Assembly (NCBI RefSeq): GCF_006345805.1
Contig: NC_042999.1
Span: forward strand, 104,966,001-105,030,000
Origin: Octopus sinensis
Lineage: Eukaryota
Direction: 5' to 3'
DNA: 64,000 nt
Below are positions 13,361 through 28,170 of this stretch, piece after piece; position 1 is the first letter of the stretch, and every line of letters starts with the position of its first letter. The notes under the pieces were generated by a model. It made no database searches and had not been told where the DNA came from. It worked only from the letters and a program-made list of their open reading frames with translations. The translations under genes were made by a program, and so were the position numbers.

Positions 13361-13535
13361 TATTATTATTTTTATTATTATTATCATTATTATCATTATT
13401 ATTATTATTAGCAGTAGTAGTGGTATTATTATTAGTATTAGAAGATTTAGTAGTAGTAGTACTAGTATTGGTAGTATATTTGCTGTTGTTGCTGTTATTA
13501 TCATTATTATTATTATTTTTGTTGTTGTTGTTGTT
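13075..13535. repeat. (TAT)n/(TAG)n/(TTG)n microsatellite with an internal ~181-bp tandem duplication
   Basis: The AGCAGTAGTAGTGG...GAAGATTTAG block starts at 13229 and 13410. Confidence 0.95.
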
Positions 13536-13985
13536 TTTAATTTTGCTTAGTTTCAGTTATATTTGACATCTGTTCTGCCATTTCAATAAAGCTTTCGTGG
13601 ATAGAATATCAATGTAGAAGAAAGTAATTTAATCAATCAATTAATCATGTTAAGGTTAAAATGAAATTCCAAATGTAGGTGGAACTCTTTTATTGTTTGG
13701 CAGTTGAGGTAATCAGCTTTGGGATATTCTGTCTATTTGTTTTAGCAGTAATTCTATTAATTTGGACTTTCTGACATCACTGTCAGTTAAATGGAACTAA
13801 TTTCACTGCAACCACCACTGTTCTTGTCTAGCATCACGATACAACAATTTTCTTTTATAATTCTCAAAACAAGCTATCTCCACCTATATCTCTACCTGTA
13901 TTCCCACAAGCAGCAACACGTAGTGAATCAACAAGACAGGCACTACACAATCGTTCAAACTGCTAGAAATAGCAGCCAAAATAAA

Positions 13986-14519
13986 GGCGGCGAGCTGTCA
14001 GAATTGTTAGCACACAGGGCAAAATGCTTAGCGACATTTCGTTCTGAGTTCAAATTTCGCCGAGGTCTGACAGTTTTCCAAAAATTTGAAATAAACATTT
14101 TAACGCAGCGAGCTGTCAGAATTGTTAGCACGCCGGGCGAAATGCGTAGCCGTTTTTCGTCCTCCGTTACGTTCTGAGTTCAAATTTTGCCGAGGTCGAC
14201 TTTGCCTTTCGTCCTTTCGGGGTCGATAAATTAAGTACCAATTACGCACTGGGGTCGATGTAATCGACTTGATCTGTTTGTCTGCCCTTGTTTGTCCTCT
14301 GTGTTTGGCGCCTTGTGGGTAGTAAAGAAATAGGTATAAGGTCTGCTGCTACGTTCTGAGTACAAATTCAGCCGAGGTCGACTTTGCCTTTCGTCCTTCG
14401 GGGTCGATAAATTACGTACCAGTTACGCACTGGGGTCGATATAATCGACTTAATCCGTTTGTCTGACCTTGTTTTTCCCCTCTGTGTTTAGCCCCTTGTG
14501 GGCAGTAAAGAAATAAGAA
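13986..14519 (+). mobile_element. three tandem units of tRNA-derived SINE family A (head only, full length, 5'-truncated)
   Basis: Head GGCGGCGAGCTG..AGAATTGTTAGC with box B-like GAGTTCAAAT; central GTCGACTTTGCCTTTC..GGGTCGATAAA; tail AAAGAAATA. Flanked by AGAAATAG(C/T)AGCCAAA repeats. Confidence 0.9.
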
Positions 14520-15104
14520 ATAGTAGCCAAATCTACACGAAATCAAACCTTACTATTTAAAGAAGGCAGAACATTCTGGATAATATGTTCTCCGTAACAC
14601 TTGGAAATACGGTAGAATTGTTAGCAGTAGCGTACCTGCAAATTTATTTCAAATGACACTAAGACTCAGCAATGAGGGAAGTGCTGCAGGTTTTGAATAT
14701 GGCACCATAAATTATAGTGATTTTAATACAACTACAGGAACTATTATCGCTATTACAAACACTGTCGTTGCTATAATTATCATGAATTATAAGTAATGCA
14801 AGCTCTGAATTGCTATCGCTGGCAAATATATTGCCTTAGTGCGTTACATAGTAACTATTAATTCGAACACGATTAACTATCGACAAGACAAGAATAGAGT
14901 ATCTACGTAGTAGATTCAGTTGAAAGTGATTTCAGACATATTTCTCATAAAGACCCACATTACATTCTTAAGAATGAATGTTTGAAAATATCTGTGCTAC
15001 AATACAACAGTAGCTGAAGGCCAACGCAAAGTTACTTGTATAATTATACATTGCGCATATACATTCACATTCATTACTCTGATTATTAAATTCCCCTCTC
15101 ACAC

Positions 15105-15730
<626 letters not shown>

Positions 15731-15733
15731 CCC

Positions 15734-15786
<53 letters not shown>

Positions 15787-16244
15787 TGCTCTTGAAGATA
15801 GTCTATTCAGGCGAAGATTGTGACCAACAAACTCCAAGTTTCCAAATCTAAACTGAAATGATAAAATTAAAAACGATAAAAACCTTCCTTAATTTTTTCT
15901 TTGTTATACAACAGCTCATTCTCTATAAATATAAATTAAGTAATTAAGTTAAAAAAAGAAACAAACAAAACAAAATAGATGCAAACTGTCCACATAGATG
16001 TATACACACGTATTTTCATAAAGTCAGTGTACTTATTGGTAATAGGCGAATGTGTGTATGCACATTATTGTATATATATGTGTACGTACGAATGTGTGCA
16101 TATCTGTCTGGAACAACATGTATGTATGTATGTAGGTATGAGTGTGCGTGTGTGTGTACATACGTGCATGCATACATACATACTACATACATATATACAT
16201 AAATACACACACACACTCACACACACATATACACACACACACAC

Positions 16245-16289
<45 letters not shown>

Positions 16290-17419
16290 CACACTCACAT
16301 ATGTATGTATGTATTATTGGCATTTGTGTATGCGAGCAAGACAGATGTATGCTAGTGTGGTGTCAACAGCGTTGCTGGGGGAATATTGCGTTGGATTGAG
16401 GTTTGGAGTTTCTGCAGGGTAAGTTTGTTTGTGTTAGGGAAGAGCATACGTACAGAGATGCATGTGTGTATCACGCACATGGAGATAGACGTGAGTGATT
16501 ACAGGGGGTTCATAAGGTTAGAAGGTTAGCTTGTGGTTTGCATAGGCATCGGTGATTAGAAACCCTGTCCTTGGTTGCAGGGCAGCCAGTTTTGAAGTAC
16601 AGTCAAGGTTAAGATAGTATATCTGTGTAGTCGGCGGCCATTAGCTTGAAGGTCTCCAGGAGACCATACCTCTGAGAGCAGCAGTAAGATATTTCATATA
16701 TCATGTTTATAGACACAGCAGGTAGGTGGAGAAAAAGCAGTATTTCGTGGAGACAGAGCTGGCATTGCGGGCGCTGACACCCACACACACCCATACAATA
16801 CACATGTAGCTGACATACAGAACTGATACATACCTCCACATAATCGTGCATCGGGTACTCACGCATGGCTGATATGCAACCACACACATGCGTATACACA
16901 CACTATCATACAGGCATATAGGCCTCAACGAACTGATACCTTCATATATTGTTACATTTTATTTTGTCTCATTTATTCTAGTATTCTAATTTTGTTTTAT
17001 TACATCATTATATTTAAATTCTAATTTATTTGAAATATCTAAGTATGTATTTAGTTCATTCATTAATATTTATACATTTTTCTTCAATTTTATTTAACCT
17101 TGTATTTGTGTTTTAATTTTTGCATCTGTCCCACGCTTTGCAAATATCTTGCGAATATCTTCCAGTTTTTATTGCAAATATTACACATGTATGTGTTCTT
17201 TTCGCACTGGTGCGTTTCATCCAATTATTGATGTCAACGTTAGGATGGCGTGTGTGTATTGATGCATGCATGTATATCTTGCCGTATAAAATTCCCTCCA
17301 AGCTGAAGCCATATATCTCAGTGGGACATTGAACCGTCTACCTCAATAACTTTCTTAACAATTTATCAACATTGAGTTCTCTTTATCTTCGAAATGGCAG
17401 TAACAAATAAGCATTCCCA

Positions 17420-17508
<89 letters not shown>

Positions 17509-17800
17509 GTCTATATATATGTCTATATATATGTATGCATGTATCTATCTATATATATATATATTTGCATATGTGTACGCGTGCATATACATATGCGCAT
17601 ATATATACATATATATATATATATATTATATATATATATATATATAAATATTTATTTATATATCTATCTATATCTATCTGTCTATACATCTCTCTCTCTG
17701 TATATATATATATATATAATTATATATATATACATAATATGTATATAGAGAGAGAGAAAGAGAGAGAAAGAGAGAGGGAAAGGGAGAGAGATAAATGGAT
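17420..17800. repeat. (TCTA)n/(TA)n/(GA)n microsatellites
   Basis: Directly visible. Confidence 0.95.
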
Positions 17801-18468
17801 AGATAAAGACATACAGGTAAGCAAACACGTGCTCACACTTACAAAATCATGCACTCACTGACACACACAAACGCACACACAGACAGACACCATCAACCAC
17901 ACACATATCCTTCATGCTTCTTCTACGACCAGTGAACTACTTACAAGAATGATAGAAAAATATAACATACTGATTCCCTGGAAGAACAAAAATTCATATG
18001 AAACAAAAATCGTAAATTTTTCTTCAATGCATTCCTTTAATGCAGTTCATACGGGTACATTAGAATGGTTTCATTCCTGCTACTTTCATTATTTTTTCCT
18101 AGTTTTTTGTTTTGTTTCTGTTATTATGCGTTTCTGTTTATTTTTCTTTTTAATTTTCATTTTTATGTTTTACTGTTTACTTGCAGCCATTATCATCTTC
18201 TCTGTTTCTGAACAAATTATCTTCATAGCTTGAATTAGAATATGTTTCTTGCTCGTAGCAATAAATACCTATAAAATATCTCTCAAATATGACGGAGGAA
18301 AATGAAAAATAAAAACTTAGAAGGGACTAATTTACTGTGCTACAAATTAAATCTAGCATATTCTAAAGTACAAGAGTAATGCCACCAACATCATTCAAAT
18401 AATATTTTACAGCAAAACCTACCTTAGTTTTAGAATAATGATAACAACAACGACGACGACAACAACAG

Positions 18469-18499
<31 letters not shown>

Positions 18500-18531
18500 A
18501 ATAATAGTAATAATAATAATAATAATAATAA

Positions 18532-18714
18532 CCCTTGAGTGAAATACTACAGAAAACAAAGTTGGGGCATGACCTTGGAAGAGGTAAGGGAAAACTGAAC
18601 CACTTGCTATTGACGGACGACTTGAAGTTGTTCACAAAAAATGAGGCAGAACTGGACAGCCTAGTTCAGTCTGTACGGATTTTGTCTAGTGGTATTAAGA
18701 TGTAGTTTGGGCTC
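18532..18714 (+). mobile_element. R4/Dong-like LINE RT fragment
   Basis: Translates TLSEILQKTKLGHDLG...KLNHLLLTDDLKLFTKNE...FGL; begins directly after a (TAA)n tract. Confidence 0.75.
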
Positions 18715-18849
18715 AACTCAAGCCCTCCAAGTCCACTGCCACATCCACCACAGAAAGAAATAATGTAAGAGGATCAAATGGACTCGAGAAGAGTATACAT
18801 AAATAATATACGCGTATGATTATGCATTAGGCAGGCCATTTGAAGAGAA

Positions 18850-20125
18850 ACAAACCGCACACTCTTATCAAATATGGAGAACAGGAAATGAAGACAACAG
18901 ACTACATTTGGACGTAAACAAATTAGCAAATGTCAGGAGGGGTATAATCAGAAATTAAAGACTAACCGATAGCGAAAATAACTGCAAACAAACACGCATC
19001 GGTAAATGACCTAAATATAAGACAAGTAAATGAAAAAGCAGGCGAAGAGAGCAACTCTATACAAGTTTCAATTGAAAGACTGACATCTGACCAGAGCGCG
19101 TAAACTTCTGGAGAAATAAATTGTAATGAACCTGATAAAGACAGCGATGAAAGTGGTAAAGAAACAATATTCGAAGACTACACATTTACTGAAGATCACA
19201 GAAATCTATGACAGAACTGAAGCAGAAAATCCTGAATCAACTTGCAGTTGTAAGACACATATGCATAATAGAGAACCTCTTCATAAGCTCTCAAATACAA
19301 TCCAAAATAGAAAACAAGTCAAAATTTGAAACTATGTAACAAAGGAAATTATACATGATCTAAAACCAGATCTCACTGAATTAAATGAAATTTTTTACGC
19401 AGCTGCTACGACAATTGAAACCAGTTGTATGCCTCTGAAAACACAATTTTATGAAAAAAAAACGATATTTTCCCCAGCTACACAAAAAGGGTGCCGACGA
19501 GGCTCATATAGATGCAAACACCAACTCTTAATCACCCGCATGATCTTTGAGAACTGTGATAACAAACGCAGAAATCTCAGTTCTGCATGGGTTGATTATA
19601 AAAAGGCCTTCGACAGCATGCCGCATCAATGGATCTTGAAATCGCTGGATATCTTCAAAATTTCTCCTGTGATTTCAAGCTTCCTGAAGCACAACATGTC
19701 AATGTGGAATACGAATCTCCAATTATACCACTTTATTGGAGTACTGACCACAACAAATATTGATATCAACTGCAGCATTTTCTAAGGTAATTCACTTACA
19801 TTTTTAATTTTCGTCTTATATTTAGCCCTAATACCTCCCTACAGCAGAACAAGGTACGATATATAATTGACGACAAGAAAATGAGTCATCTATTTTACAT
19901 GGATGACTTAAAACTCTATGGCAAAGATGATAATGAGCAAGAAGGACTACTATGTACTGTGAAAGCACTCAGTGATGACACTGAAAGGGAATTTGGTCTT
20001 GATAAATGTGCGAAGGGCACTTTTCAGAAAGGGAAATTGAAGATATCACATTCAGTGGTGTTGGATGTTGACAGTCGTAAAATAACTCTAGCAGCAAATT
20101 TACAAATACCTCGGAATAAATGAGG
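18850..20125 (+). mobile_element. R4/Dong-clade LINE relic (N-terminal part and RT core, internal deletion)
   Basis: Motifs TELNEIFYAAA, QKGCRRGSYRCKHQLLI, WVDYKKAFDS and SHLFYMDDLKLY...FGLDKCA; stops and frameshifts present. Confidence 0.85.
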
Positions 20126-20289
20126 ACTCTGCTCAGCAGATGACACGTCTGACAAGCGGGACACGCCCCTTCCACAGAAACCTGAACTAGTTTTCCTGTT
20201 GATCAACAAGCGGCATCGGCCAGTTGGTAGTAGATGATGCAAATGAGGAATCATTTGCCACCTCATCCCAAGCTCTTCATGGACAAATT

Positions 20290-20695
20290 CCTCTCACCCC
20301 CTTTCAAGGTGTCACTGGCCTCCCTTTTGTCACCTCGCCCAGTTATATTTCGCCTGGAGGTCCGGATCAAACCAGACCCCAAGCAATTTAACCAGTCCGT
20401 GCCGATTTCTCCCTCTTAGTCTTTGCTTCTGTCATCGCTTCGTACATTCTTAAGGTAGTGCTGATCAACTCGATTTCCAAGATACTGACACAGTGATGTC
20501 GTCCGCATAAGCCGACACGAACCTTCTGTATCCTAGTTCATGCGGGATACCCCTTGAAACACCCAGCTTCCTTAGCAATAACTCGGGAGTCAACAAGTAT
20601 AGAGGGAACGAGATTGGGTATCCTTGATGAGCCGAACGTGTGATGCTGAACATGTGATTCGTATAGTTGCCATTTACTTTGACCATCTAACAAGT
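20290..20695 (-). mobile_element. Tx1/L1-clade LINE RT fragment
   Basis: VKVNG...FSITRSAHQGYPIS...VSAYADDITV, then VKLLGVWFDPDL in another frame. Confidence 0.8.
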
Positions 20696-23600
20696 ACTGC
20701 TGTACATTGCAATGATCTAGCCACTGAAAATGCACAATTTGTTTTTCCAAAAGTCAAACCCAAGGTAGATAATCATAAAAAAGTTCTTACCCAAGAGACG
20801 CCCCCCTTGATTTCTTGCTTTTGATCATCAAAAATTCCCGTGAGATTTTATCGTAATTCCAATATTTTTCGTGCTTTAATCGAAAATAAGAACGAACACC
20901 AATTTCTCTGTGATCAGCTTGAAGAATTAATATATATATATATCTTTAACATGAACCCAATGGTATCCTTAGTACACGAATAGAGAATATTCATTCACCA
21001 ATGCGGTGTTGAGCACTCACTCTCATTGTTCGACATTTACGTATATATATATATATAACAACAAATGTTGATCATGGGTTGGACTAAAACATAGTGCACT
21101 GTAGTATAACACATAACACGCTAAATATGCTAAAAGTGTAGTACACAAAACAAATTAGGGGCAACCCACTCACAGTGTGTGTTTCGATGTATCAGATCTC
21201 CATAACTTTCTTAATCAGAAGAGAATCAATTTGCTTCCCATCCTGAGCAAATGTCTTAAGTCTCTTTCCCCATTTTGGTAAACAGGCCCTGCTTTTCGAT
21301 AATGACTTGAGGAGCGTACTTTCTCTGTTGCTCCTTCTGTCTTTCACTAATATTCTCAATGATTCTCTGTCCGTTTGTCTGTCTGTCTGTTTCGCTCTCT
21401 CTCACTCATTCTCTCTCTCTTCGCTCTCATACATACACAATCCTCATTATCATCATCATCGTCGTCGTCTCTTTACCACAAGACGCTGTCACGAAACTGC
21501 TGCTCGATGCCTCTCACGTGCTCTACCCTAGAACAGGGGACCTCTTTTCTTTTAGAAAACGTATTTTGTTCATCTCTTCAGTTGGTAGTACTGAAAATGA
21601 AGCGAATCAGTTTGGTTTCTTTCTAGCTATCGTCGGAGTTGTTTGAGTGTGGCTGTTGTAGAAGTATAAGCTACAATTATTCTACTGATTTACTGCCCCT
21701 CTTTTCCTATCTTTTCATTTGGATAGTAGTTCCTGGTGTGCTTACTGCTTCAGTAAGTGTAGTAAGTATGTATTTTCGTTTGTCCTCTCGGCTGAATTAG
21801 CCGTTCACCAGCCCTACTATGAGAGGCGTCTTCGGCATAGCCCTTGGTCATTAGGGTTCGTCAAATTCTGTTTATTCATCCATAACTCCCTTAACCACAA
21901 GAGGCAAACAGCGCACACCCGACTCGTGTACTGGTGCGAAAATGATAACACGAACAAGCAACCGATGTAATCCTCAATGTTGTGATCGGTAAACTAGCGT
22001 TTCATCTCCCGTATACTGCGTCACATTTGCGGAGAACAGGTGTGAAATATGAGTCACACAAGACAGCACGTCACATTTTTGGTTCTAAATCATGAGCACA
22101 TGCTTAAGCATACACTGCCGCAAATAAGGGAAGACTACCTGGGTTAACTACAAATTTTTCCAGGATATATGGAAGTTCCTGTCAGATCTTGAGAATAAAA
22201 TACAAAAACAATTGTTAACGGCTATCCTATATGTAATTGCTTTCGTAAATTCTTCGTGTAAAATGACGCTGCCGTTCGTGTCGTACCGTTAAATGCCTTT
22301 GTTCGCTGTTGACTCCTACTCAGTATCTCTGGATGTCTACGCAAGCAAAATATGAGTTACTGTTTTATTTCTATCGCTTTTGTTATCATAATTAAGGTAT
22401 AGAAATATATTATCTTATTATTGTTTTGTATATTGTGTAACTTTTTATTCAATAATGTGCATGTTTGTTAAATCCTCCTTTTAAAATCTATTTTAGTATT
22501 TTCAAAGGCTAGTGCACAGCGTCGTAATTCATTCTCCCACCATTGTGCCGACGACCTACAGGTGGCAATACGGAGCTGCCCACATTGAAAGTAAAATGGA
22601 TGTTTGCAAAAATATCTTTATGCAATATAATGGAAAAGACGATCTTTTTTCTACCCAAGTATTAAGATGGACTTTTAAGTATTCGCAAACGCTTTTTTGG
22701 TTAAAAAATCTAAAACAGCAAACAAACAGAACAAAAGATCCCTTTCATCGTGAAGTAATCCTGACCGAAAATAACTTCTAAGCAGTGTTGTATGGACCGT
22801 GATCTTTCACAAAAAACATCAACAAAAACACGTTTCACGTTAACGACAACGACGACGACGATGATGATGATGATGATGATAATGGTGGTGGTGGTGGTGG
22901 TGGTGGTGGAGAGGTAAATGAAATCACAAGGAAGCGATATAAACAACTGTATGCAAGAAACGAGATCAAAAGGATGAGAGTAAAAGAAAAGTTAAAAACT
23001 GATAAACCAGACAAACACTCGCCGCATGGCTATTTCAGATTCATTTTGATGTGTTGTGTTCTTCTGTTCTTTCCCTTATTGTTTTAGTTTAGTATCTTGG
23101 AAAAGAACCTTTATGTAGAATTTCCAAAATCAATATTCAATAGAAACAACGATAAAAAACAAAAATACAACCTCAACAATAATGATGACGGTCTAATGGT
23201 AATGCTGATGATGAGGACGGCGATGGCGATAAGTATGATGCTGATGGTAGTGGCGGTGATGATGGTTAGGTTGCTGATGATGATTATAGTGTTGATGAAT
23301 GATTACAATGCTGCTGCTATTGTCGAAAATATTGGTGATAACAATTATGATGATGGTGATGATGATCCTGATGGAAAACAAAATAAAGATACAGCTTTCG
23401 TAGTCTTGAGAAATCGATATGGTTAGCGGTTCGCTTGAAAAGTTGCACGTCGCTGTCTGACGAGTAAAAAGAGATATAGAAAAAAAAATGTTCAATGTAG
23501 AATTTCTATGTGGACGGAGAAGAGTGGTGGTAGAAGGTTAATTAAGAGTCTGCTGTGGTGGTGAGCTTATGCAGTTGATCAGAATTCGAAAAATGTGACC

Positions 23601-23697
23601 GATCTCAGAACTGCCTGAATGTAGTTCAGAAGCGCCGAACCAGCTTCAGCTCAGAGAAGTACTAATCGTTATTACAAGAATAGAAAATACCAAGAGC

Positions 23698-23798
<101 letters not shown>

Positions 23799-24740
23799 AC
23801 GTGAAAGAAATAGACAGAGATATGAGACAGTTTGAATGCTACACCACAACGTGTGTCTGCGTATCAATCAGTCAAGTGACTTTTATTCGAATTCGGTCTC
23901 GTGAGTATGTGGATGAGCTGTACGACCCTATTACTCCACTTTCGGTCTGAAGAAAGATTTTTAGGGCTTTTCGTAATCACAGAGGATAAATGATTTTCTG
24001 GATACGAAAAGTAAGACTAGATAGTGAATTGCAGTTTTAGTAACACCAATAAAAATATTTAGTGATGAAGTTATAGTAGAATTCAGAGCAAACCTGGGTT
24101 TCGTTTAGAACATTATTAATATCAATGAACCTATGGTGCGTGAGAAACTATTACGTGTAAGAACTGTATCTTTGTGCAAGACTTTGTCCAAGTCTTTATT
24201 TATGGAATCAGTTCAGATATGTTCTAAAATGTCTAGGTCGTATGGATTACCTCACCTTTCATGCTATGTTAAGCTTCACAAAGTCGCTGAGATGTTGATC
24301 AAGAGGAAAAGAACCTATCCAAATCCTTGTCTTCGCCATAGCCACATTTGAAAGAAATATTGCTCACCGGTCCTTATTAAAGAAGGAAGGAGGTGGGATT
24401 TTATCGATGGACTTGGCTGATAGTCCAACCGGTCCTACATGCCACAATAACTGTTTGAAGTCGTCGAAGTAAGTCGATTAGTCAGATTTTCTGACACGTG
24501 GACACTGCATAAATGCTTGCGGAACGGCTTCCTCTCTCCATCTATATCTCAGACTGTCACACCTGGTATGGTAAAGTTTTCTACTTTATACCTGAAGCCA
24601 GAACATTTTAGGATTAGTTAAATAAATTGACTAGTTTGCATTTTAGACTGTGTGTGAGTGTATGTCCGTTGCCGGAAACTTGTCGAGGACTACAATGAAC
24701 AGCATCATATGTGTTTGATTTGGAAATCCTAAAATTGGTC

Positions 24741-24942
24741 TCTGATATTGGCAAAAGACCAGCAGTTTTGTGAGAAAGCTTCAACGATTATAGAGATCCC
24801 AGTAGTTAAGTTTTATTTTATCGTACCCAAAAGGGTGGAAGCAAAAGTTGACCTTGGCGTAATTTCAACCTAGAACGTAAAGAATTCGAATATATATCAG
24901 GTTTATGTTTCCTACTTTCAAACGATTCTGCCAACTCACACC
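24741..24942 (-). mobile_element. degenerate SINE family A
   Basis: TTTTATCGTACCCAAAAGGGTGGAAGCAAAAGTTGACCTTGGCGTAATTTCAACCTAGAACGTAAAG matches the reverse complement of the family A core. Confidence 0.65.
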
Positions 24943-25645
24943 TTCAAAACAATGACGATAACAATGATATTCAGAGTGTTAAGAATATAAAAATGAAGGA
25001 GTGAATTAGGAAAAACAAAGTCAGATTGATACACACAACATTAGTATATCCATAAGAACTTGTTGTAAGTGAGTATGTGTGTGCTTATGAGTATGTACGT
25101 GTGTTTGTTGGGGCATGTCTGTGTGTGTAAGACAGAATATGTGTTTATGTGCGTATTTGTGTGTGTGTGTGTGTGTGCGTGCGTTTCCAATGCACAGCAG
25201 CACATGTGGTTGAAAATAAAACCCAAATAATGAACATGGTAAAAATGTCTCATTATATTAGTTTAATCATAGGGTGCTGTGTACCGTGAATGAGAATTAA
25301 TTCATTTGAATATTCAGTTTAGGCATGAAACGAGAATACCTGATCGAATCCAATTTTCACTTGTCAAAATGATGTCCGTATGGGAAATAACAGAAAAACA
25401 TGAGAAATATCACATTCTACAGGCATTAAATATAAATATATGGTCTATGAGATGTTAAGATATTCCAGGCCCATTCTTTGCTCTTCTCTTCAGTCGTTGT
25501 TCTGTATTTTATTATGTTTAATATTTATTACACCGTTGAGTTTCAATGGCTTCATTTATTTCATAACCAAACGGAAATTTATATACCTAATTTTGCATTA
25601 TATTTACTGTCTATGTGGTTTTATACTGAGTAAAATTTAACCTTT

Positions 25646-25970
25646 CATAGTCTGGATATTTATTTTGAGTTTAAATTGATTAAAAAGCAAAGGAAATTGT
25701 GGTGTTATCAGATTTCTATTATGAAACTTTAAACCAGGTATTTTGAATATATTAAGAGATTTTATAAGGGTGCGTATAGGCATTTGAGCATACGTATATA
25801 CTCATGTGTACTTATATCCACTCATACCCCACAAATGCATATATGCACCCTTATAAAATATCTTAACATGCCCAAAACCACTAGCTTAAAGTTTCGTAAT
25901 AGAAATATAACACAGAAAACTCGCCTTGCTTTTTAAATTAATTTAAATGGAAAATAAATATCCATACTAT
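25646..25970. mobile_element. MITE-like fold-back element with ~130-bp imperfect inverted arms
   Basis: Arms 25646-25778 and 25840-25970 are reverse complements at roughly 75-80% identity by eye. Confidence 0.75.
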
Positions 25971-27392
25971 TTATGTCCGCATATGTATTGTAATGCATGC
26001 ATACATATGCACAAATAGCGGACGTGTACATGCATATATATGCATACATCACAAACCACGTGCAGCAGGAGAATAGCTTTCAACTATCACTTCGTGAAAA
26101 TACAAGATTCATATAGTCTGGGCTCGGATTGTGCACTGAACCATGAGGGCATGAGAACCGTCAATTGAGCGTGATTGGCGGAACCGCAGTTTGTGTTAAG
26201 AAGGCTATAACGTGGTCTATAATCAAATTATATGTACACAGTAATTTTAAACAGTTGACAACAGTGTTCCTATAGCAGTGACCGAACTGTTTTCGATGAG
26301 CGCTTGTCTGAAAAAAAAGTGGAATCTGAGGCCTAGCTTAAGAGTAGGATGGCAGAATACTGCAAAACCTGGTTTCAGCTGATGAAGTAACGGATTTGGG
26401 AGTGTAAGTAGTTGATATTGGATAGTGTGCTCTATGAACTTTAATTTCATATACCAGATATTTTCGACATTGTATTGGCAACTGTCTAGGACAGCTAACA
26501 GCTGACAAAGCGTATCCTCATTCGATGGAGCTGAGCAGTAGGGGCGCTATTAAGAAACGGTCCAGATCAAAAGGGATCATAACTCTGCTCGATAAAGCGT
26601 AATAGAGACTGTGGAGAACTTCGGAAATTCCTTGGGATGTCAGTACTACGGGGAAAGCATTGGGTGTTGGAGAACAGAATTATGGACATGAAAATGTCAA
26701 AGGCAAATCTATTTGAGATGTGCACAAGGAAGAAGACACGTTATTGTCTATTATAAGTGCATGAGTGACGTGTGAGTTAATGTTAAAGAGCTGGTGTCAT
26801 GTGTAGGACGAATCCAATTATCCGTGAAGTCTATATAAAAAATCTCCACGTAACATTCTTTTGACCATTAACGGTTGGTTAGTATTTCTCTGCCAAGTGG
26901 CTGTAATGAAAGAGGCTGTGTAGTGGAGTTATAATGGTTTGAAGACAGGCATAATTTTATCTGAAGAGTAAGCTGAGTGTAATGAGAGAGTTGTCTTCTA
27001 ATGTGTTCATCAAAAGTTAACGAGAGGGACAAAGTTTGTGATGGTGAATGGGTCAAGCCCGAGTATGCTTTTATAATAAGATAGGCAGAACCAATGAAAA
27101 GGCACGTTTGACGACTTCAATATAGTAAAATAATTCGGAGCTGCGTGTGGCCTTCAAGCGAAATTAATCGAGGTGATATTCTTCAATACTGGGGAAGTTT
27201 TTTCTTGAACATTTATTGATAAGTCATTAATTATAACTGTTATATTAGTTGAGTCGTTTTTGCTCCATGTAAACCAGCATACTTCCAACTTATATTATCC
27301 CCTCAATGACATGAGCTCTTGTGGTTAAAAACGTCATCATCATCGACGACATAGCCGTCGTTATTATTGTTATTACTTTTATTTCTCTTACA

Positions 27393-27525
27393 GGTGGTGA
27401 GTTGTAGAATCAATAGATCGTTGGAAAAATAAACTTGCTATATTTATTTATGCCTTATCGCCTACAGGATTCAAATACCACCGATATCAGCTTTGCCATT
27501 CCTTCTTTCAGGAGTCCATAGATTT
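27393..27525 (+). mobile_element. highly degenerate SINE family A
   Basis: GGTGGTGAGTTGTAGAATC...GGATTCAAATACCACCGATATCAGCTTTGCC resembles the family A head and core. Confidence 0.5.
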
Positions 27526-27809
27526 GCTCCTATGGCTGTTTTAGAAATAATTATTCTATATTGATTTCTGACAGAGGTAGAATCTTATTTTGGGTGATTG
27601 GTGTTGATGATTACATGTACACTGGTGGGCTGTTAACTTAGTAACGTAGAGGGACGTAACTAAATACCAGAAGGTATTGTTGTCCGACAATCAACCAATT
27701 CTACCAATCTTCAACCTTTAAATAGAAATCATTATTGAACGACTGAAAGGAAGAAATGCAGAAATACAAGTGGAGTTGTGGTAATTAGTTTCTAAGCGAT
27801 AAACATAAT

Positions 27810-28170
27810 GAACTGGAAAATGTTTTGTTCTTCAACGAAGCATATGCTAACTTAGATGAGACAATTTATACAAATCGTGTTCATGCATTGAATGCACAAA
27901 ATCCTTGTGTTATTATGGATAAAATCCCTACCGTCTGAGAAAATGGTGTATTTGAATGAGAATTTCAGATAAAACTGTTATTCGACCATACATAATTGAT
28001 AATAGAACAATTAAAAATGATAACTATTATGTAAAAGTTAACCGCCTCGTGATTTCCTATTTTAAAATTAGCAGTGAGAATACTCGAATACAATTTTCTG
28101 AGAAGATAGGATTCTCTCCAATATACAAGTTAATATGAAATCATTGCCTTGCCAGCAATGACTTACACGA
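27810..28170 (+). mobile_element. ancient DD41D/rosa-like transposase relic
   Basis: LENVLFFNEA...NAQNPCVI and RISDKTVIRPYIIDN..I...NY resemble the FSDEA...ENPH and IIGPYFF motifs; many stops. Confidence 0.5.

Noticed and set aside
16395-16430. Strong donor CAGG|GTAAGT
   Set aside because: No convincing acceptor or coherent frame upstream; it lies in microsatellite-derived sequence.
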